A DNA stretch of 64,000 nucleotides from Candidatus Cloacimonadales bacterium (GTDB lineage Bacteria > Cloacimonadota > Cloacimonadia > Cloacimonadales > WRIO01), in NCBI GenBank assembly GCA_041654875.1, contig JBAZCP010000003.1:4971-68970 (forward strand), read 5' to 3'. The notes under the pieces are model-generated. The model was given only the letters and a program-made list of their open reading frames with translations. It did no database searches and was not told the origin of the DNA. The translations under genes and the position numbers were made by a program. Numbering within the stretch: the stretch's first letter is position 1; every line of letters starts with the position of its first letter. Of this stretch, positions 20,858 to 29,690 are shown piece by piece.

Positions 20858-21706
20858 ATGAAAAATATTTTATTAATATCTTTAATCATTATTAGTGGAC
20901 AATTACTATTCGCTTTTGAGCATTTTAAACTTGATTTCAATGACGCTGCCGAGGCATCAGGAATTATAGCAGGCTATATCAATAAAGATCTGTTGTATAC
21001 TCATAATGACTCGGGTGGCAAGCCAATAATCTATATCTTGGATTATCATGGTAAAAAGAAGGGTGAATGGCTTTTAAAAGGCATTAAAAACAGAGATTGG
21101 GAAGAAATTGCTATTAGTCAAGAAAATGGCAAAAGCTTTATTTTTATCGGAGATATAGGTGACAATAAAGCCAAACATAACTATTGCTCTATTTATAAAT
21201 TTTCAGAAATGCAATTCGATAATAACATGCCCAATACCATTATTAAAAACATTCAAGAAATAAAGTATCAATATGAGGATGGACCAAGAGATGCAGAAGC
21301 CTTTTTTATTGATCCGCTTACAAATGACATAATAATTATCAGTAAAAGAGAACCCAATGTCGGTATCTACAAAATAAGCCACCCATATAGCAACAAAGAA
21401 ATGAATATTGCCAAAAAAATATGTACTCTTGCAGGCAATTGGGTAGTCGCAGCTGATATTAGCAAAGACGGCAGCAAAATATTAATTAAAAATTATCTAA
21501 ATATTTGGCTTTACGAAAGATATCTTGATGAAGATTTGTGCAAAACTTTTGCCAAAAAACCCCAATTAATGGAATATCAACTTGAAATTCAAGGTGAAGC
21601 TGTTTGTTGGGATTATGAAAATAAAGGCTATTTTACACTGAGTGAACGTGTGGATGAGAAAGATAATCAGTTTTTGTTTTACTATAAACTTAAGCCTAAT
21701 AACTAA
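20858..21706 (+). CDS. Secreted protein of unknown function
   Basis: The track ORF starts at TTG 20837. The ATG at 20858 follows GGAGGA and gives signal peptide MKNILLISLIIISGQLLFA. Motifs HNDSGG, DWEEIA and IGDIGDN suggest a propeller-like fold (weak). Confidence 0.7.
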   Translation: MKNILLISLIIISGQLLFAFEHFKLDFNDAAEASGIIAGYINKDLLYTHNDSGGKPIIYILDYHGKKKGEWLLKGIKNRDWEEIAISQENGKSFIFIGDIGDNKAKHNYCSIYKFSEMQFDNNMPNTIIKNIQEIKYQYEDGPRDAEAFFIDPLTNDIIIISKREPNVGIYKISHPYSNKEMNIAKKICTLAGNWVVAADISKDGSKILIKNYLNIWLYERYLDEDLCKTFAKKPQLMEYQLEIQGEAVCWDYENKGYFTLSERVDEKDNQFLFYYKLKPNN

Positions 21707-21797
21707 AAAATCAAGCATTAATCAATATTTTGTTTGATTATTTACATTATTAACTTATCTTATCTATTAGATTAAAATAATTAAGGGAGAAATTCAA

Positions 21798-22484
21798 ATG
21801 AATAAATTAATAATTGTTATCGGAGCTTATGGTAGCGGTAAAAGTGAGTATTCAATAAACCTCGCAAGAAGTTTCATGGAAGAAGGCAAAGACACAGTTC
21901 TTGTCGACTTAGATGTCGTAAACCCTTATTTTAGAAGCCGCGATGTCAGAGATGAATTCGCAAAAATTGGTATAGAAGTCGTAGCACCAGATGGGCAGTT
22001 CAGCCATGCCGACCTACCTATGCTGTCTCCAAAAATTAAATGGGCTATAGAAAATACAGAAAAAACTGTTATATTAGATGTTGGAGGGGATCCTGCAGGT
22101 TGCAGAACACTCGGTAGATACAATAATGAGATCGTAAAAAGAGGTTATGAAATTAGATTCGTGGTAAATACAAATAGACCGTTCACACAAAATAAAAACC
22201 AAATTATTGATATGAAAAATATGCTTGAAGCCACATCAAAGCTTAAAATATCTGAACTTATCTCCAATGCAAACTTAATGGAGTATACAGACAAAGCTAC
22301 AATAGAACATGGCATTGATATTGTAAAAGAAGTGGCTGACGAGTTAAATCTCAAGTTTGAATATTTTTTGGTTCTGGATAAATATGAAAGCATTGTGCCT
22401 GCAATCTTTAAAGATAAAAAGAGATTTACCCTAAAGTATTTCCTCTCCAAGCCATGGGAACAACTTGTTATGAAAGGTATTTAG
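21798..22484 (+). CDS. Small P-loop NTPase (SIMIBI/MinD-like fold), function unknown
   Basis: 228 aa. Walker A IGAYGSGKS. Switch/Walker B-like VLVDLD and ILDVGGD. GGGAGA RBS. Confidence 0.75.
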   Translation: MNKLIIVIGAYGSGKSEYSINLARSFMEEGKDTVLVDLDVVNPYFRSRDVRDEFAKIGIEVVAPDGQFSHADLPMLSPKIKWAIENTEKTVILDVGGDPAGCRTLGRYNNEIVKRGYEIRFVVNTNRPFTQNKNQIIDMKNMLEATSKLKISELISNANLMEYTDKATIEHGIDIVKEVADELNLKFEYFLVLDKYESIVPAIFKDKKRFTLKYFLSKPWEQLVMKGI

Positions 22485-22488
22485 AGAG

Positions 22489-23208
22489 TTATTTTGAATT
22501 GGCAAATCTTGCTTTAATTCTATTCTTATTTAAGTGATAAGTTAAAGAATACCTTAATGATGGATTGCTTGTACTAAGCCATATTTCTCTTACATAATCC
22601 CTATTTATACTTATCACTTTCGAGACAGAGAGCTTTCTATATTTTTTACCAGGCAATGAACAGCTTAATATCTGGTTCATTGTCAGCTCTACAAGCTCTT
22701 CAAAACTTTTATATTTCAAAAGCTCAAGTAATAGCAAATATGTCATCATTACATCTCCATCTGCAGTATGTGCTGTGTAATTAGACAAAATTTCATTGTC
22801 CAAACTTAGTTCTTTTTTTAAAAACTTTAAGGAATTTTTGCTAAAATTAAATATTTCTCGAGAACAGCGTGCTGTATCAATAATCTTACAAACACACTCT
22901 ATTCCTTCGCGTGCTATCATAAACAAATCATTTTCAATAGCATGCCCGATAACAACATTCGATTTGTTTGAAAAAATTGCCTTTACCTCATCATAAAAAC
23001 GTGTATTTTTAAACTTAGGTTTATCTTTGACCATACTGTCATTAATTTTGTGTACCCAGCGTGAACCATCTTTTATTGGCACACCAGGGTTAAAAAGCTC
23101 GACTTTTAGGTCATTGATCTGCCCGGCAACATACTCGCCAACTGCTAAGCTTATAATCCTATCTTCTTTTGATGAACCACTTGTTTCTGTGTCTAATATA
23201 TAATTCAT
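22489..23208 (-). CDS. DEDDh-family 3'-5' exonuclease (DnaQ-like) with extra C-terminal domain
   Basis: Exo I ILDTETSG, Exo II GHAIENDLFMI, Exo III HTADGDVMMTY. It converges on the P-loop gene with a 4-nt gap. Confidence 0.85.
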   Translation of the reverse strand: MNYILDTETSGSSKEDRIISLAVGEYVAGQINDLKVELFNPGVPIKDGSRWVHKINDSMVKDKPKFKNTRFYDEVKAIFSNKSNVVIGHAIENDLFMIAREGIECVCKIIDTARCSREIFNFSKNSLKFLKKELSLDNEILSNYTAHTADGDVMMTYLLLLELLKYKSFEELVELTMNQILSCSLPGKKYRKLSVSKVISINRDYVREIWLSTSNPSLRYSLTYHLNKNRIKARFANSK

Positions 23209-23216
23209 ATTATGTC

Positions 23217-23244
23217 ATAATATTAAAAATACAAAAATTGTCAA
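23217..23244 (-). promoter_or_regulatory. Sigma70-type promoter placed for leaderless or near-leaderless expression of the exonuclease gene
   Basis: Minus strand: TTGACA (23244-23239), 16 nt, TATTAT (23222-23217). Only 8 nt (GACATAAT) separate it from the ATG at 23208, and there is no Shine-Dalgarno sequence. Confidence 0.45.
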
Positions 23245-23648
23245 ATAAAAAATCTTGTTGCAATGAATCTTAACAAAGCTATTGCCTATACACAATAATA
23301 GAAACATGTAGTAATCATAATTAAAGTGGGTAAATTTGATTATTAATCACCTACAATAAATACTTAAGAGCCCGTTAATCTTTTGTTAAAATGATAATAA
23401 ATAGCTATCGTTTGTCAGATATAGTTAATTGAACATCATAAAATCAATTACGATTTTGAACAGATGAGCTTTATATAGAACATAAATTCTTCTATTGACG
23501 TAAATTTTTAAGATTAAGAACCACACTTTACTCTTCCATATACAGAGTAATTTATACTTCTATACAGATCTTGCTAACTTAATATAAAAAATCAAAGCTA
23601 AAGTAATAAAACTCAATGAATTTGAAAAACATCACAATAGTTGAAATT

Positions 23649-23725
23649 CCACTACCATCCCGTTACCATCCCGTTACATTCCCCTTGCTATCTTGGAGAA
23701 TGAATAGGATAACAAGGGGATTTAA
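23649..23725 (-). repeat. Copy 1 of a conserved intergenic element (candidate structured RNA or REP/MITE-like repeat)
   Basis: Minus strand: CCCCTTGTTATC (23719-23708), 15-nt loop CTATTCATTCTCCAA, GATAGCAAGGGG (23692-23681). The stem is 12 bp with one G-U. It is followed by a tandem G(G/T)TAACGGGAT x2. Positions 23656-23700 match 42248-42292 at 42 of 45 positions in inverted orientation. Confidence 0.5.
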
Positions 23726-23817
23726 AAGAGTATCTATCGTGCCTTTTTATTAATGCATAAGAAAAGCAATAAAGCTATTATTTGTCATCCTCAAATAATC
23801 AGCATACATAAACAAGC

Positions 23818-24057
23818 TCAATCCTCAAAAACATGGGCTTCTATTTGCTCTAAAAGTCTCTCAAACACATCGATATAATCTTTTGCAACATCAACAAGTA
23901 CAATAGATTGATTCTTATCAAAAGTTGTATAATTACACCAACCCTCAAGCGATTCCAAAATTGAGCCAAAGAATATCACTTCTTTTCGTGGAGTTTGGAT
24001 ATAATAGCTATTTGTCTGATCTTGGTTCTTTTTTCTTTCTAATAGGTTTATTTTCAT
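23818..24057 (-). CDS. Small hypothetical ORF overlapping the lon 3' end (DUF4911-like?)
   Basis: 79-aa track ORF. The segment VIFFGSILESLEGWCNYTTFDKNQSIVLVDVAKDYIDVFERLL resembles small DUF4911-type proteins from memory. There is no clear RBS, and it overlaps lon by 50 nt. Confidence 0.35.
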   Translation of the reverse strand: MKINLLERKKNQDQTNSYYIQTPRKEVIFFGSILESLEGWCNYTTFDKNQSIVLVDVAKDYIDVFERLLEQIEAHVFED

Positions 24058-26437
24058 TTTTTGTCTTTTTGATTGGGTGCAGGATATTCTCTAATGCTTG
24101 GTTTAGATTGTCAACAAAGATAAACTCTATACCAGATTTTACTTCTTCTTTAATCTCTTCAAAGTCTGGCTGGTTAGATTTTGGCAATATTATTTTTTTT
24201 ATATTTGATCGTTTTGCTGCCATTAATTTTTCTGGTAAACCTCCAATTGCGAGCACGCGACCAGTTAAAGTAATTTCTCCAGTCATAGCTACATGATGAT
24301 AAATTGGTCGATCTGCAAGTATTGATACGATAACGCTTGCAAGTCCAATGCCTGCGGAGGGTCCATCTTTTGGAACTGCTCCTTCTGGAACATGAATATG
24401 TATATCATATTTTTTATATGATTCTTGTGGTATTCCGAGTGCATCACATTGGCTTATTGCATAGCTATAAGCTGCTTTTGCAGACTCCTGCATAACATCA
24501 CCAATTTTGCCTGTAATAATTATTTTTCCTGTACCTTTATATTTAATTGCTTCTAAAAGAAGAATATCTCCTCCAACTGATGTCCAGGCAAGCCCTATGG
24601 CAACTCCGTATGTATCTTTATCAGGTATATCAGAACTTAGATATGGTTCTACACCTAAAAACTCTTTTAAATCGCTTTGTTTTACAGTGTAATTATCTTT
24701 AATTTCATTTGCTACATATTTTTTTACAATTTTTCTGAGGACTGCTCCAATCTTTCTTTCTAACTCTCTTACGCCAGATTCTTTAGTATATTTTTGAATA
24801 ATATCTGTGATAATCTTATCACTTATATTGATTTTTATTTTTTCTTCGATATTAAATTCATTTAATTTCTTTTTTAGGAGATGACGCATTGCTATTTCTC
24901 GCTTTTCAATCTCTGTATAACCTGGCATAGCAATAGTTTCCATTCTGTCATATAACGGACGTGGAATATGTGAAACAGTGTTAGCAGTCGTTATAAACAA
25001 CACATTTGATAAATCATAACCAAAATCTAAAAAGTGATCTCTAAAGCTTTTATTTTGTTCTGGGTCAAGAACTTCCAACAAAGCTGATGCAGGATCTCCT
25101 TTAAAATCCATACTCATTTTATCTATTTCATCAAGCATGATTAATGGATTTACAGTACCAGCCTTTTTCATACTCTGAATAATAACACCAGGTATAGCAC
25201 CAATATATGTTCTACGATGACCTCGAATTTCAGATTCATCACGTACACCTCCAAGTGAAACCCGAATAAACTCACGACCTAAAGACTCGGCTATCGACTT
25301 GCCAATAGATGTTTTACCTACGCCTGGAGGACCAACAAGGCATATGATTTGCCCTTTTATTTTGTCACTTATTTTTAAAACGGCGAGATACTCTAAAATT
25401 CTCTCTTTAACCTTTTCTAAACCATAGTGATCTCTTTCTAAAATAGAAGAAGCAACATTTATGTCTATTTCTTTATAGGCAGGGTTTTCCCAGGGCAAAT
25501 CCATAATCCAAGTTAAATAGTTATACACAACAAAATACTCTGGCATATTTGGTGATAAACGAGTAAGCTTTCGATATTCTTCATCTGCTTTCTTCCTCAC
25601 CTCAGCTGGTAAATTTAACTCTTCTAATTTCTTTTTTATACTTAACAAGCTATCTTTTTCATCATCGGTAACACCTAACTCTTGCTGTATAGCACGTAGT
25701 TGTTCATTCAAAAAATATTCTTTTTGAGCTTTAGAAATTTGTCTTTTAACTTTAGCTTCAAGCTTGTTTTGGATTTTTAAAACTTCAATCTGTTCAACAA
25801 TAAAATTAATTAGTTTTGTAATAGCATTTTCAAGATTGCTGATATTATAAAAAGAAATCTTTTCGTGCAAAGGTATCTCGAGATTTGCCAAAGTAAAATA
25901 GAATATTTCATAAGGGTTTGTAAAAGATTTTATACTTTTAAACATATCAGCAGGCAGGTTTTTCTCCATTGAAAAATAGACTTCAAGCCTTTCCAAAAAT
26001 GTTTTCATTAAACCCTTTATCTCTGCTGTCTCTTTTTTAAAAATATTTGTGTGTTGTTTAAGGTGTGCATGGTAATGGCTTTTATGTTTTACATAGCGTG
26101 TTGCATCTGCTTTTTTTTCTCCATGTAATATCACTCTCATTGAGCCATCTGGCAACTGAAACACTTGTGTTATCGTGCAGATAGTACCTATTCGATACAG
26201 ATCTCCAGCAGTTGGATACTTTTCAAGCTCAGCATTCTTTCTTTGTGTTACTGCAAATATTCTACTGTTGTACATGTCTAAGGAATGTTTTATTGCTTCA
26301 ATTGTGCCTTTTCTACCAGCAACAATTGGAAAAATGACATAAGGCAGTATAAGCTGATCTCTTAGTGGCAAGATTGGCAGTTTCATAACGTCATCATCAT
26401 AGTCAAAAACCTTTTCTATATCTGAAAACTTCTTCAT
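24008..26437 (-). CDS. lon: ATP-dependent Lon protease (LonA)
   Basis: 809 aa. N-terminal LON domain (LPILPLRDQLILPYVIFPI). AAA+ Walker A GPPGVGKTS. Proteolytic site PKDGPSAGIGLA with catalytic Ser. Confidence 0.97.
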   Translation of the reverse strand: MKKFSDIEKVFDYDDDVMKLPILPLRDQLILPYVIFPIVAGRKGTIEAIKHSLDMYNSRIFAVTQRKNAELEKYPTAGDLYRIGTICTITQVFQLPDGSMRVILHGEKKADATRYVKHKSHYHAHLKQHTNIFKKETAEIKGLMKTFLERLEVYFSMEKNLPADMFKSIKSFTNPYEIFYFTLANLEIPLHEKISFYNISNLENAITKLINFIVEQIEVLKIQNKLEAKVKRQISKAQKEYFLNEQLRAIQQELGVTDDEKDSLLSIKKKLEELNLPAEVRKKADEEYRKLTRLSPNMPEYFVVYNYLTWIMDLPWENPAYKEIDINVASSILERDHYGLEKVKERILEYLAVLKISDKIKGQIICLVGPPGVGKTSIGKSIAESLGREFIRVSLGGVRDESEIRGHRRTYIGAIPGVIIQSMKKAGTVNPLIMLDEIDKMSMDFKGDPASALLEVLDPEQNKSFRDHFLDFGYDLSNVLFITTANTVSHIPRPLYDRMETIAMPGYTEIEKREIAMRHLLKKKLNEFNIEEKIKINISDKIITDIIQKYTKESGVRELERKIGAVLRKIVKKYVANEIKDNYTVKQSDLKEFLGVEPYLSSDIPDKDTYGVAIGLAWTSVGGDILLLEAIKYKGTGKIIITGKIGDVMQESAKAAYSYAISQCDALGIPQESYKKYDIHIHVPEGAVPKDGPSAGIGLASVIVSILADRPIYHHVAMTGEITLTGRVLAIGGLPEKLMAAKRSNIKKIILPKSNQPDFEEIKEEVKSGIEFIFVDNLNQALENILHPIKKTKNENKPIRKKKEPRSDK

Positions 26438-26450
26438 TTAAATCACCTTT

Positions 26451-27464
26451 TTATTTACTTTTTATTTTCAGAGAAATACCTTCTCCACAATTTTTACACA
26501 TCTCTATTTTTGCTCTGTCTTTTAAAATTTGAGCCCTAAAGTTATAAAAACTCTTATTCTTCCACAACTCTTTAAATAGATGTTCATTTATGTTACCTAT
26601 TTTAAAGTCGTTATCTTTGTCAAAACAACAGACAGCTAATTCTCCATCCCAATTTATTACTGGTTGTGTCCAAATACGTCGGCAACGGTTTTTTATACCA
26701 TATTTTAACTCAAAGTTATTGCCTCTAACTTTATATCGTCTATATTTTGGATTATTGGGCAAGAACTTGTTAATATCTTCTTTCTCATAAATTTGCACAG
26801 TCTTTAGTTGCAATTGATCTACACCTATCTTGTCAGTAATATTCTTTATCTTTTCTAACTCGTGCTCATTATGCTTCATAACAATAAACTGCCAGATAAC
26901 CTTTGGTAGTTTACTTTTAGCAATATTTTTCTCTTTGATAATTGCATCAATATTTTCTACAACAATGCTCAGCTCACCATTACGCCTATATTTATTATAG
27001 GTTTCTTGACTTGCTCCATCAGCTGATACAATTAATCTATCTATCTTAGCAGCAACAATCTCTTTAGCACTTGGCAATAAATTTGCATTTGTAGAAACTA
27101 AGAGAAGCATATTATGTTGTTTTGCAATCTTACACATTTCAATAAAATCTTTATTCAAAAAAGGCTCGCCCTGATTCCACATAATTAACATAAATGTGTA
27201 TGGAGAGACTTCTTTTATTGTTTTTTTAAATGTGTCAAGAGTCATATAGCCCTTTGGCCTTTTCAGTTGTCCAGTACCAGATGGGCATAAAGGGCATTTT
27301 AAATTACAGATATTTGTAGGCTCTATCATCAGAATTGGAGGGTAACCCCAAACTATTGGTATTTTTAAAACTATTGATAAATAATATGATGTGTATGATT
27401 TGAAAAGATTTAATAAGCGCTTAACAGTCATATATTTAAAAATCATTAATAAGTATTCAAACAT
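26451..27464 (-). CDS. Radical SAM enzyme with C-terminal SPASM domain
   Basis: CNLKCPLCPSG is the CxxxCxxC motif. GEPFLN is present. The C-terminal Cys cluster is CRRIW..VCCFD..CKNCGEG. Confidence 0.9.
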   Translation of the reverse strand: MFEYLLMIFKYMTVKRLLNLFKSYTSYYLSIVLKIPIVWGYPPILMIEPTNICNLKCPLCPSGTGQLKRPKGYMTLDTFKKTIKEVSPYTFMLIMWNQGEPFLNKDFIEMCKIAKQHNMLLLVSTNANLLPSAKEIVAAKIDRLIVSADGASQETYNKYRRNGELSIVVENIDAIIKEKNIAKSKLPKVIWQFIVMKHNEHELEKIKNITDKIGVDQLQLKTVQIYEKEDINKFLPNNPKYRRYKVRGNNFELKYGIKNRCRRIWTQPVINWDGELAVCCFDKDNDFKIGNINEHLFKELWKNKSFYNFRAQILKDRAKIEMCKNCGEGISLKIKSK

Positions 27465-27552
27465 TTTTTCTCCTCAAGCCATTATTTAAACTATGATTTT
27501 TATGTCAAGAAATAGCTTTTATTTAACTGTGTATGAGATAAAAAACAGGATT

Positions 27553-29040
27553 TTAATCTATGCTTATTGCTTTAATTTGAAAGGCTTGGTACATTAAATC
27601 GTACTTCCTATGCAGTTCTTTATTAAATGTATTGTTTTTTAAATTCTTGGTCTTAAATAGCCATGTCTCAGATAACTCAATCAGAGCATCATTAAGCTGC
27701 CACTTATGATAAAAGACTTTCTTGTTTAATGTATGTAAGTTTTCAATATCTTCCTGCGTAAAGTATTCCTTCTCAAGCTCGTACTCTATTTTATAACTAT
27801 CAACACGTAATGGAAACAAAAATGAGTATTCAGCAATTTTTTGCTTTTTTCTGGGCGTTAGCTCGATATTATTAAGCTCGTTTCTCAAATCATAAGAACT
27901 CTCATAAGTCCTGCCGTTGAGAGTAGATAACTTCTTGATATCAACACTCTCATCTTCCAGCTTTTGCATAACAAAACTATCAAACCTATAATACGAAGGT
28001 TGATAAACTGTTTGATCAAATACATTTTGCACAATATATAAACTAAAAAAACAAATAAGTCCTGCTAAAACTGGACTCACAATCCACCCGATAGATATTC
28101 TGCCTAATACATTATAATGCATATTTTGAATACCTTTGCTGAGGCTCAACCCAACAATTGAACCTATTATTGCTTGAGAACTTGACACTGGCACTAAAGG
28201 TAAAGCAGGTAAATGCAAAAAAGTTAATAGGTTAGCTAATGACTTTGATGAAAATATAAACAATACCAATGAAGATGAGATGACTACTATAAGACCAGTT
28301 AAAGGCGATAGTTTGAATAAGTCATTACCGACAGTTTTAATATTTTTTTGAGAATATGTAAAGATACCTATTCCTATTGCTATAGCACCGATAAGGAAAA
28401 GTTGAGTAGTACTTGAAATTGTATAAAAAGAGCCAATATAGATGTCACTAAATGGTGATGCATCGACAAACATACCCATAACACTGGCAATATTATTTGC
28501 ACCAATACTATAAGCTCCAAATGCACAGGCAAACAATAATCCAATTCTTGTATAATAATCTAATCGAAAAATATGAATTGCGTTATTATTTAAATATCTA
28601 TTAAAAAAGTAAAAAATAACTAAAGTAAATAAGGCAGCCAGTAAAGGAGTAACTATCCATGATGATAAAATACCAGCAAGTACACTAAAATCGGTAAATG
28701 CACCTGTGAAAAAGTTCCATCCAACAATAGCTCCAACCACTGCCTGAGTACTCGATACTGGTATCCTGATTCGTGCCATAAAGAATAAACTCAAAGCAGC
28801 AGCTAAAGCAACTGTAAATGAGCCAGCTAAGGCGTTTACACTACCGAGCTTAGTCAATGTACTTGATGTTGCACCACCTTGTAAAACTGCACCTAACACA
28901 ACAAATATACTGGCTACCCATGCTGCAGTTTTAAACTTAAGCATTTTTGTTTCGACTGCTGTGCCAAATACTGTCCCTGCAACATTTGCACCAAGTGACC
29001 AACCCAAAAATAAGCCACTTAATAATAAAATATAATTCAT
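27553..29040 (-). CDS. Inorganic phosphate transporter, PiT family, with ~150-aa C-terminal soluble extension
   Basis: Polytopic membrane protein with duplicated GAN-type motifs (SLGANVAGT, SIGANNIASV). The preferred start is ATG 29040, which overlaps the upstream stop as TAATG. The partner DUF47 gene lies immediately upstream. Confidence 0.85.
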   Translation of the reverse strand: MNYILLLSGLFLGWSLGANVAGTVFGTAVETKMLKFKTAAWVASIFVVLGAVLQGGATSSTLTKLGSVNALAGSFTVALAAALSLFFMARIRIPVSSTQAVVGAIVGWNFFTGAFTDFSVLAGILSSWIVTPLLAALFTLVIFYFFNRYLNNNAIHIFRLDYYTRIGLLFACAFGAYSIGANNIASVMGMFVDASPFSDIYIGSFYTISSTTQLFLIGAIAIGIGIFTYSQKNIKTVGNDLFKLSPLTGLIVVISSSLVLFIFSSKSLANLLTFLHLPALPLVPVSSSQAIIGSIVGLSLSKGIQNMHYNVLGRISIGWIVSPVLAGLICFFSLYIVQNVFDQTVYQPSYYRFDSFVMQKLEDESVDIKKLSTLNGRTYESSYDLRNELNNIELTPRKKQKIAEYSFLFPLRVDSYKIEYELEKEYFTQEDIENLHTLNKKVFYHKWQLNDALIELSETWLFKTKNLKNNTFNKELHRKYDLMYQAFQIKAISID

Positions 29041-29681
29041 TATAGTTGTCTTTTTATTGTGTAAATAATCAAACGATCTGCCACTTCTTGACAATGATCG
29101 GATATCATCTCGATTTCATATATAACTTGTTTTAAGTGAAGTTTGTGCGTCAAATCTATCTTTGAATCAAATATCTCTTTTCTAATCTTTTCACTAAAAT
29201 CATCTACTTCTTTTTCATAAAACAAGACCTTGTGGGTATAGTCATTAACAAGATGAAAGTTGTGAAAAAAAGCTCTTGCAGCCTTAATGAGCTCTTCTAC
29301 TGCGTAATTTGTCGATTTTATCATCATTTGCATATATTGTATGATAAAATCAGGTATATTTGGTTTTTCAATCAACAAGCTCATCACAGCTGTTTTTATT
29401 TGATTGATTACTTTATCAGTATTTTCTAATATTGATAATACATCTCCCCTATTTTCTGGTATTAATGTATATTTATATAAATGCTGTTCAATTCCCTTTC
29501 TGTATTCATCTGCCTTATGCTCATGAGCTCTAATCATCTCACATTTCTGATTCATCAGATTATACTCTCCTTCCAAAAAAAAGGAAATCACCTGCTCAAA
29601 CATAATACCACTTTCACTTACAAGATCTAAAAACTCATCTATTTTAAGCTCTAATAGCTTTACCTTATTTAAAAATGCCAT
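29040..29681 (-). CDS. DUF47/PhoU-like phosphate transport regulator (PiT-associated)
   Basis: 213-aa all-helical protein. It shows the conserved pairing with a PiT gene and translational coupling through TAATG. Confidence 0.8.
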   Translation of the reverse strand: MAFLNKVKLLELKIDEFLDLVSESGIMFEQVISFFLEGEYNLMNQKCEMIRAHEHKADEYRKGIEQHLYKYTLIPENRGDVLSILENTDKVINQIKTAVMSLLIEKPNIPDFIIQYMQMMIKSTNYAVEELIKAARAFFHNFHLVNDYTHKVLFYEKEVDDFSEKIRKEIFDSKIDLTHKLHLKQVIYEIEMISDHCQEVADRLIIYTIKRQL

Positions 29682-29690
29682 AAAAACCTC

